Of a DNA stretch of 20,000 bases, positions 11,701 to 20,000 are shown in pieces. The position numbers were made by a program, and so were the translations under genes. The DNA lies in the NCBI RefSeq assembly GCF_000181795.1, contig NW_003526946.1, forward strand, positions 221,571-241,570, given 5' to 3'. The notes beneath the pieces are model-generated. The model did not search any database and was not told where the DNA came from. It saw nothing but the letters and a program-made list of their open reading frames with translations. The stretch comes from Trichinella spiralis. Lineage: Eukaryota. How positions within the stretch are numbered: the first letter of the stretch is position 1; each line of letters begins with the position of its first letter.

Positions 11701-12712
11701 TGCAATAAAATGAATTCCTGACTGCTTTGAATGATTTCGACAATCTGAAATTATTCCAATTCATAAATTAAAACTGTTATTAAACTGCAATTTACTCAAA
11801 TAATGGAGATGAACGCCCTTGTGCAAACAATATATCCAAAAATTGAATTGGACCCTTTTCACGTTCATCCAGCGAACCGGCTTCTGCATTTCTGAAGTCC
11901 AAGTGAACCAGACCAGTAAATTTCATCAAAATAGACAACTCTGATAGTTTATTTTCTCGAACAGTTTTGAAGGAAAACTTTTCCTTAAAATATACAAATA
12001 TTCATATTTGAAAATTACAATTTATAAAACTCCAGAATTAATTTTTAAAACGAACCGGATCTGCTGTTTCACCGACTTGCTTCAAATGCAATTTCTCAAC
12101 TGTGAACAAAGTACTCTTCCCATCGTACGCTAATTTAAATGGATCGCCAAAAATATCTGAACGCTTCACTACATATGCCCAAAATACGTCACGATTGTCA
12201 TCACTTGAACAGAAAATAAAAACACATTAAAACTATAATAAAACTTGACAACAAATTAAAATCGAACCAATTCAACTTTAAACGCGGATGTTGTATGTCG
12301 ATGTGATATCTGTTAACCACAATATCACCTTTTTGTAATTTTATCAGTGGAAAATAATTGCATGCTAATTTTATCGGCTTGCCAACAGTCCCGTATCCAG
12401 GTCGCTTCACTAATTCTTTCTAAAAAAGCATCAACAACAACAATAGGAAATAATTTAATAAAACATTAAATAATACTTACTAAACGCAACTGCGACAATT
12501 CATCTGTAGCAACATTCATATCTTCGCCTAAAAGTAATTCATGATTGAAAATTGCTCAACAGTTGCTGAAATAAGATGCGGTTCATGAATTTGGTCAAAT
12601 ATATTTTGCAGTTAAGCCACCGCTTTTTCAAAAATTAAAAATCAAACAACAACAGACGATGCTATTCAACATTTTACATAAAATAACAACAATACTTACT
12701 TTGTTGAGACAT
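8764..12712 (-). CDS. Argonaute (AGO clade; N, PAZ, MID, PIWI domains), 18 exons, about 925 aa
   Basis: Exons (minus strand): 12700-12712, 12481-12527, 12268-12419, 12056-12203, 11796-11983, 11593-11744, 11373-11531, 11108-11319, 10972-11043, 10721-10903, 10523-10647, 10264-10457, 10020-10191, 9863-9959, 9608-9802, 9315-9551, 9069-9259, 8764-9009. All introns are GT-AG and phases are consistent through exon 17. Motifs: [132 protein letters not shown]. The last exon degrades next to the gap. Confidence 0.95.
8873..8972 (-). repeat. Imperfect (AGT)n coding microsatellite encoding poly-Ser in Argonaute exon 18
   Basis: (act)n/(gct) run on the + strand, in frame after ...EKYSDED on the minus strand; about 30 codons, mostly Ser. 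Confidence 0.9.
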
Positions 12713-12972
12713 TGGAAGCAATACAAGTTGAGAATAGAACAGCAACAACAGTTTACTCGGCAAATGAACGCTGATTTACAGTAAGCGCAGTAATCAAATT
12801 GTACCTAATCTTTAGTTAAGCTGAGACTATTAATCTTGGTTAAAAAAATCAAGAAAAGAATGAAGTAGAACTTTCTGTGATAATAGAATATTAAAAATAT
12901 GCCAGCAAGCGTCAACTTTTCAACTTTGAATGAGTAGCGTTCGTTTTCACTTATCGTAATGAATGTCTCCAC

Positions 12973-13119
12973 ATCACGTGATAGCAAATTTAATTATTCA
13001 ACTACCAATCGCATCAATTTTCACTGTGATTGGTGCATTGCTCTGAGATGAGCTATTGGTTGAAGTTTCCTCGTGACTTACATCAAATATTGTGCCGTTC
13101 GAATCACTACAATTATTGG
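12973..13119. promoter_or_regulatory. Putative Argonaute promoter: E-box palindrome plus four CCAAT boxes
   Basis: ATCACGTGAT palindrome at 12973-12982, CCAAT at 13005, ATTGG at 13029, 13055 and 13115. These lie 260-410 bp upstream of the predicted ATG at 12712. Confidence 0.4.
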
Positions 13120-14712
13120 CTGTCTTACTGTTTATCATTTTTTCACGAATTCTAATTATAATATGTTACATTTTGAAAATGAATTCAAATATTACTGCTA
13201 AATAATAGCCCTTTTCTTTTGATGTTCATACATAGTTTTCAGTAATATATATTGTAACATAATGTCACGAATGGTTATTTTTGTACAAACAGAATTCATA
13301 AATTCTTGATAATTCAAAATAAAGGATGCTTCGTAAATCGCGTTCATTGTTCGTCACCTTACGGTCATTACGTTAAATTTTGCGCATTTAATACAAGACC
13401 AGATTAAATTGATCGTCATTGATGATGGACAGGAAATATCAGAATGAATAGGAAATTTGAAAAGTATATTCAACGTGCAAAAATTGAAAAACAAATTTAA
13501 TACAGTTTACACAAAATGTATAATCACAAATTTCTATTTTAAACAGAATTCGAGATTTTACTTTTTATTTAAATGAAAAAACATGAGAAGAAACTTGTAA
13601 ACAGGAGCGAAAGAAGGATTGGAAAGATTAAATTCTTTTGCAAACCAGAAATATTTTCAAGGAACACTACAGCTGAAATCAGAAAATATTTCAATGCTAA
13701 CATTCAGCAACCACCACTGCTAGTTTTAGCTGAAAACTGCAGCTGGAGACAATGTATCAATTTTAGATTTTCCCTTTGTACTTGAGTAGCCTTCAACTAG
13801 TCTTCATCAGAACAATATCTGACAAACAGAAAAGAACCTTAGGCATAAATCTGATTTAATTGTTAGCTAAGAAGGTAATTTATATGACAAGTGAAAGCAA
13901 CTGTTGACTGACATTTCTTTTGAACAGTATTTTTCCACTGGCATGGATAAATAAAAGTGAAGCATTTCGAAAGCAGAAAGAAAGCGATGAACAGCACCAA
14001 CGAAGCACAAAAGTGCTTGAAGCTGCTTCAAATTCACTTTACAATGGACATCGTATTGTATGATGTGAGGATTTGTGCGCCATTTATGTGTGATTAATAA
14101 TCTTCAGTCTAGGTCAGCAAAAGGCATTGGTGCCACAACGAATGTCACAGGTTGATCTTGAATTGTTGATAAAATGAAAAATGAAAACTAAATGTTGTTT
14201 CAAAATGGTTATTTAAAATGGAATTCAAAACTATCAAATTTTTTATTTTCCCTTTAGTCTTGCGTCCGAGTTCAGTGCTTTGCGTACGCGTGTTATTAGC
14301 TGATGAGCGAAACAACTGTTAGTGGACATTCTATGGAATACAGTATTTGTTTGCCCTTTGTAATGAGTGATTACAAGAAGCTGATGAACCAAATATCAGA
14401 CATCATCCAAAATTTGCCTGCTGAAATTCTGATGGATACGGCTTTCTGGACTGGACGGCAATGAACAGAAAATAAACACGGAAATAGATTCTGTTATTAT
14501 TAATACTGGAGTAAGCGGAAGTATACTATAAAGCAGGAAGTAAAATGCTGCTGGGCATAAAGCTTGACGCAGCTAATTAAGCTAAACAAATCAACCGGAA
14601 CGGTGCATAAGCTATTTAATAGGAAATGCAAATGCTATTTCCTCTTACTGCTGTGTATATCGTAAACTTCCTTGTACTCTTTTTCTTATCGTTCCTTTGA
14701 TATCTTTAAATG

Positions 14713-15072
14713 ATGGAGGCAAATAATGATTTAATTCAGTTCGTAACTACAAAAAGGCACCAACAGAAATTAGTATAGAAAAGAAAATTCTACACACTGA
14801 AGCGGACAAATCGTAATGATAAATATTGGATGTGTACTGAAGTAAGCAGAACTGTCTCAATATATAACGTTATTATCATTCTAATATGACAATCGAGCCA
14901 TTTATGCTCCAATTTAGAGATCAAGAGGCTGCCGTGGCACACTGTCCACAAATCTGGAAGCCACAGAAGTCATCCGCTCATAAGTGAGCATGCGGAAAGC
15001 TGCCCGGTAAACCCCCACGCATTTTACCATCATCAGCAGCTTGCCGAGTTGAAACGGCTGTCCTCAGAGGAT
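14713..15072 (+). pseudogene. Decayed FLYWCH zinc-finger ORF of MULE-transposase type, truncated at the duplication junction
   Basis: MEANNDLIQFVTTKRHQQKLV*KRKFYTLKRTNRNDKYWMCTE | intron 14842-14917 (gtaagc..tttag) | RSRGCRGTLSTNLEATEVIRS, then a frameshift at ~14981, then SEHAESCPVNPHAFYHHQQLAELKRLSSED. Shows the F..L..Y..W.C..C..H pattern. In-frame TAG at 14776. Confidence 0.7.
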
Positions 15073-15597
15073 TAATGTTATTCTGAAACTTTCATAAGGC
15101 AAAATTAAATACTATGACAAATACACAGATGTTCAGAAATTAATTATAAATTCTCATCGTAGAACTGACGCATTCACTGATATATACCATTATTCTTTTT
15201 CACCTTTTCAAAAAAGTACAATTAACATGTGCGAAATCATTGACATGAACTTTTCATAATCAAAATCACAAAATTTGGATTAATACATAATTATCATGCG
15301 TTATTGCACTTTTCAAATAAAAAAAATTATTCAAATGGATAAACAAGTGATTATTAATTTTCATAACTAAAATTTTATCATTTTTATAAATACATTTATA
15401 TGTTATTTAAGTAAATAATGTAGATGTTCAATATCTTTAAACAAAAACTTTTAAAGATCAGAAAAAACTTTAAAAGCAAAATTAGCTTATTTTAAAGTTT
15501 GAAATCATACGGATAACTATATGAAACAGTAATTAGTTTGCTCTGCTTGCTGCTTGCTTCAATTTGACTGCTTGTTGGTTGTTGCATTGCATGGAAA

Positions 15598-16092
15598 ATG
15601 GCCCAAATACTGCAAAATATTCGCAATGATATTTGGAATGTTATCGGTGATGAAAGCAGATTGGTTGGAAAACTGTTTGCTAAAATTGAACAAAAAACTG
15701 GCAAAAGTCGTTACCAAGCTGCGGTGATGTTAGCAATTGTGATTTTTGTGCTGTTGATATTTAGCCCTAATGCAGGATTGTTGTGCAATTGCATATGCAT
15801 TGGTTATCCAGCAATGAAGACATTAATCGAGGTGGAATCAAATGAAAACGCCAACTGTAAGCAATGGAAGTTTTATTGGGTTATTTTTGGCTTCTTTCGA
15901 CTTGTTGATTATTTTGCTGAATGCATATCCTTTATTATACCAATTTATTGGCCGCTGAAATGCATTTTCTTTGTTTGGCTTTTCACTCCAAGCTGCCATG
16001 GAGCTGCAACATTGTATGAAAAATTTTTCCAACCTCGCTACAGTGAATTTATATCTGGCGGTACTACTGCTGCAGAAATGACTACAGAATAA
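15598..16092 (+). CDS. REEP5/DP1/Yop1-like ER-shaping protein, 164 aa, intronless, copy 2 (intact)
   Basis: IGYPAMKTLIEVES..CKQWKFYWVIFGFFRLVDYFAE..IPIYWPLKCIFFVWLFTPSCHGAATLYEKFFQP matches the TB2/DP1/HVA22 pattern (YPAY.S.KAIES..QWLTYWVV..PFY..LK..FL.W...P....GA..LY...I.P). Confidence 0.9.
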   Translation: MAQILQNIRNDIWNVIGDESRLVGKLFAKIEQKTGKSRYQAAVMLAIVIFVLLIFSPNAGLLCNCICIGYPAMKTLIEVESNENANCKQWKFYWVIFGFFRLVDYFAECISFIIPIYWPLKCIFFVWLFTPSCHGAATLYEKFFQPRYSEFISGGTTAAEMTTE

Positions 16093-17979
16093 CCACCACC
16101 ATCACTGTCTTCTACTGCTCACTTGCATATTCATTCATTATTATTTTTATTATATTCTTGTTTTATACTAAATTATCTTAAAAATTTTTGATTATTGTCA
16201 ACTCTATACAATATATAAAATCTGAAACTGTTATTTGAAGGTGAAAATGATACTGCTGTTATTTTATTAAATAATTAATATCAATAATCGCTGTTTTGCA
16301 TTAATTTTTGACAAAATATGAATTGAACCTGTTATTTATAAAATGGCTGCAAAAAAATCTTTAACCCAGCTTAAGGTAAATTTTGCAAAGTGACAGTGAA
16401 AATATCAAATTGCACTTTCAGAATAAAATTGTTAACTTATTATTTCCATTTAATTGTCATTTGTATGATCATAGCATTATAATTGATTGTCAAAGAAATA
16501 AATCAAATGCTTAAATGTTACAACACTGGCAGCTGCATAAAGTAGAACAGCGACGAAAGTTATTTCCATTATCATAACTTCGAATAATAATAAATCAAAT
16601 GCTTGACGGATGCAACATCGTGCAGGAGTAACGAATCACAATTCCAGGAAATACATCTCATACTAACCTTTCATTCCTGGGATTGGCTTATCATGTAATA
16701 TTAATATTACTATTCATCGTTTTTATGCTTGTCAGTAATATAAAATTTCTCATAACAATTATACCAATAATTCTAATATTCACTGTGATTTACATCACTA
16801 GATTCTTCTGCTGGTCTGCCAGCTAAATCCTTTTTTCAAATGCGTCTAACGCCAATATTCCTTCTCTTTATGATTCTTTTCATAAATTTAATACGCCACT
16901 GGCAAAAATTTTTTTAAGCTAATGACAACTAATTTTCATTTTCTAATATACAGATTTTTATAATATGAATTGGTGTTTTTGACTGTATTATAAAAAAAAT
17001 GGAAGTTAACTATATTCAAAAGTATACAAACCTGAAATAAAACTCTACAGTAAGCAATATTATCTTTCTAATTTCTAATATCTAATCACAAAAATAATGG
17101 AGACGGCAATTTTGATTTGAGATATTTCCATGAAAGAATAAAACAAACAAATTGGTTTCTCACGACAAAGTAAAATTCAAACTTTAATTTCATTTTTTCT
17201 TTAGAAAATGGTTATCAACTTGCCCGTTAATGGTCATTAAAAATCAACAAGCAAATATGAGAAAAAATATCTACAATAAGCTATAGATGAAGCCTTCAGA
17301 AAACAGTACTGTTCATAGGCAAACACACGCACATTTTATTCATTGATTTTTCTCATTTATTTATGTATGAACAAGTACTTTTGCGTCATAAATTTATTTC
17401 AACAATTTTAGTTACTTTGCTGCTGCTCCCACGCAGTGACAACGATGAACCTTGAAATACTGCTCATATTCATAATGCTTAGTATTGCACTAATAGCGCA
17501 AGCATTGGACGGAAAAATTATAGTGCTGTTAAACATATTAAGCATCAAGAATAACAAAATATTTCGAAACTGTCCACATATTTCACATTTAAAACCCTGA
17601 TAACAATTTTCTCCAACTCTTTACTTACTTAATCATACATAAATATTTGTTTCCCATCTCTTTTATTTATCATGCAAACAAACATCTTCACCTCAATATT
17701 ATACATTTAATATGAATGGTATAATGAACTGATCATAAGAAGTATAATGCACAGATATTGAACCATCCTCATTACATGATGTATACTGATTTTCTTAATC
17801 ACGACAATGTGTGAAACGAAAAGCTATAATCTAAAAACACATTAAGAAATACACACATGGACACACACACAGAGACAGAAATAAATATAACACGAAAGCA
17901 AACACAAATATATTTAGTGCTTACAAATAAACACTAAACAATATACTAGACTAAAATACACTTCCATCGTTGATATAGA

Positions 17980-18069
17980 TTATGCAAAGTACATGATTTT
18001 TTTAACTCTTTTGTGAAGTGCAATTATATTAGTCAATTCTGTTTTCACGGATTCAGCTTTACTGCTGGA

Positions 18070-18102
<33 letters not shown>

Positions 18103-18155
18103 GGTACTACTACTACTGGTACTACTACTGGTACCACTACTACTACTACTACTAG
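17980..18155 (-). CDS. Terminal exon fragment of a second Argonaute copy
   Basis: [61 protein letters not shown] is the canonical AGO C-terminus. Confidence 0.88.
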
Positions 18156-18293
18156 GGGGGGGCACCAACACCCCCCACTAATTATAAAATTTCCCCCCCC
18201 CCAAAACTTTTTTTCCCCTAACCCCCAATATTTTAAGGAAAAAAAAACCCCAAATCCTTTCTTTTTTTTTAACAAACTTAATTNNNNNNNNNN

Positions 18294-20000
18294 AAAACAG
18301 GTAAATTTAGTTTGGCTCTTGCTTGGCTGCCTTGGCTTTCAATTTGGACTTGCTGGTGGGTTTGTTGCATTGGCATGGAAAAATGGCCCAAAATACTGCA
18401 AAATTATTCGGCAAATGAATATTTGGAAATGTTATCGGTGATGAAAAGCAGATTGGGTTGGAAAACTGTTTTGCTAAAATTGAACAAAAAACCGGGCAAA
18501 AGTCGTTCCCCAAGCTGCGGGTGATGTTTAGCAATTGTGATTTTTTGGTGCTGTTGATATTTTAGCCCTTAATGCAGGGATTTTTTGTGCAATTGCATAT
18601 GCATTGGTTTTTCCAGCAATGAAGACATTAATTGGAGGGGGAATCAAATGAAAACGCCAACTGTAAGCAATGGAAGTTTTATTGGGGTTATTTTTTGGCT
18701 TCTTTCGACTTGTGATTATTTTGCTGAATGCATATCCTTTATTATACCAATTTATTGGCCGCTGAAATGCATTTTCTTTGTTTGGCTTTTCACTCCAAGC
18801 TGCCATGGAGCTGCAACATTGTATGAAAAATTTTTCCAACCTCGCTACAGTGAATTTATATCTGGCGGTACTACTGCTGCAGAAATGACTACAGAATAAC
18901 CACCACCATCACTGTCTTCTACTGCTCACTTGCATATTCATTCATTATTATTTTTATTATATTCTTGTTTTATACTAAATTATCTTAAAAATTTTTGATT
19001 ATTGTCAACTCTATACAATATATAAAATCTGAAACTGTTATTTGAAGGTGAAAATGATACTGCTGTTATTTTATTAAATAATTAATATCAATAATCGCTG
19101 TTTTGCATTAATTTTTGACAAAATATGAATTGAACCTGTTATTTATAAAATGGCTGCAAAAAAATCTTTAACCCAGCTTAAGGTAAATTTTGCAAAGTGA
19201 CAGTGAAAATATCAAATTGCACTTTCAGAATAAAATTGTTAACTTATTATTTCCATTTAATTGTCATTTGTATGATCATAGCATTATAATTGATTGTCAA
19301 AGAAATAAATCAAATGCTTAAATGTTACAACACTGGCAGCTGCATAAAGTAGAACAGCGACGAAAGTTATTTCCATTATCATAACTTCGAATAATAATAA
19401 ATCAAATGCTTGACGGATGCAACATCGTGCAGGAGTAACGAATCACAATTCCAGGAAATACATCTCATACTAACCTTTCATTCCTGGGATTGGCTTATCA
19501 TGTAATATTAATATTACTATTCATCGTTTTTATGCTTGTCAGTAATATAAAATTTCTCATAACAATTATACCAATAATTCTAATATTCACTGTGATTTAC
19601 ATCACTAGATTCTTCTGCTGGTCTGCCAGCTAAATCCTTTTTTCAAATGCGTCTAACGCCAATATTCCTTCTCTTTATGATTCTTTTCATAAATTTAATA
19701 CGCCACTGGCAAAAATTTTTTTAAGCTAATGACAACTAATTTTCATTTTCTAATATACAGATTTTTATAATATGAATTGGTGTTTTTGACTGTATTATAA
19801 AAAAAATGGAAGTTAACTATATTCAAAAGTATACAAACCTGAAATAAACTCTACAGTAAGCAATATTATCTTTCTAATTTCTAATATCTAATCACAAAAT
19901 AATGGAGACTGCAATTTTGATGTGAGATATTTTCATGAAGAGTAAAGCAACAAATTGCTTTCTCACGACCAAGTACGATTCAACTTTACTTTCATTTTTT
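18294..20000. repeat. Tandem cassette copy 3 (partial)
   Basis: Matches ~15524-17196 at an offset of about 2.8 kb. It is essentially identical from ~18715 to ~19840 and noisy at both ends. Confidence 0.85.
18383..18899 (+). CDS. REEP/DP1/Yop1-like protein, copy 3; 5' half frameshifted, probably by sequencing error
   Basis: The C-terminal ~60 aa are identical to copy 2. The 5' part carries many single-base homopolymer insertions next to the gap. Confidence 0.7.

Larger units (their letters stand above)
5547..15070. repeat. Tandem cassette copy 1 (REEP gene + convergent Argonaute + upstream region), about 9.2 kb after correcting for gap size
   Basis: 5547-6494 matches 15071-~16026, 7460-8655 matches ~16642-17835, and 8677-8880 is a noisy match to ~17890-18070. 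Identity starts abruptly at attaatgttattctgaaac (5547 and 15071). Confidence 0.85.
15071..18155. repeat. Tandem cassette copy 2 (partial, ends in the Argonaute poly-Ser exon before a gap)
   Basis: Near-identical to copy 1 with a few differences, e.g. ttttcgcc (~5673-5680) versus tttttcacc (~15196-15204). Confidence 0.9.

Noticed and set aside
14290..14330. Hammerhead-like CTGATGAGCGAAAC
   Set aside because: No stem II, and no NUH cleavage triplet compatible with stems I and III.
14925..15070. GC-rich stems suggesting SRP RNA, SECIS or a ribozyme
   Set aside because: Core motifs are missing, and the region is better explained as a FLYWCH coding relic.
18156..18283. G/C/A/T homopolymer-rich segment
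   Set aside because: Degraded read tail after the microsatellite, loosely echoing 8975-9060; not biological.
18294..18715. REEP copy 3 (and the 3' end of copy 1) as frameshifted pseudogenes
   Set aside because: Indels are homopolymer stutters or drops that increase towards contig ends, typical of read-end error.

Overview
AT-rich eukaryotic genomic DNA with short (~50-80 nt) GT-AG introns and three assembly gaps (6495-7459, 8667-8676, 18284-18293). The gene style suggests a clade I nematode such as Trichinella; this is inference, not a search result. From left to right: the last two exons of an SLC5 sodium:solute symporter, with a possible piggyBac-like end in its intron; an intronless Lsm11-like gene (U7 snRNP); a GC-rich 464-bp solo-LTR-like or structured insert; and a tandemly repeated ~9.2-kb cassette starting at 5547. 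The cassette holds an intronless REEP/DP1/Yop1-family gene (+) facing an 18-exon AGO-clade Argonaute (-). That Argonaute has a D-E-D-D tetrad, an altered 5'-nucleotide loop and a microsatellite-encoded poly-Ser tract at the position of the Ago2 phospho-cluster. The repeat junction at 15071 cuts through a decayed FLYWCH/MULE-like transposon ORF. Three REEP copies and two Argonaute 3' ends are visible, and the copies next to gaps show read-end errors.
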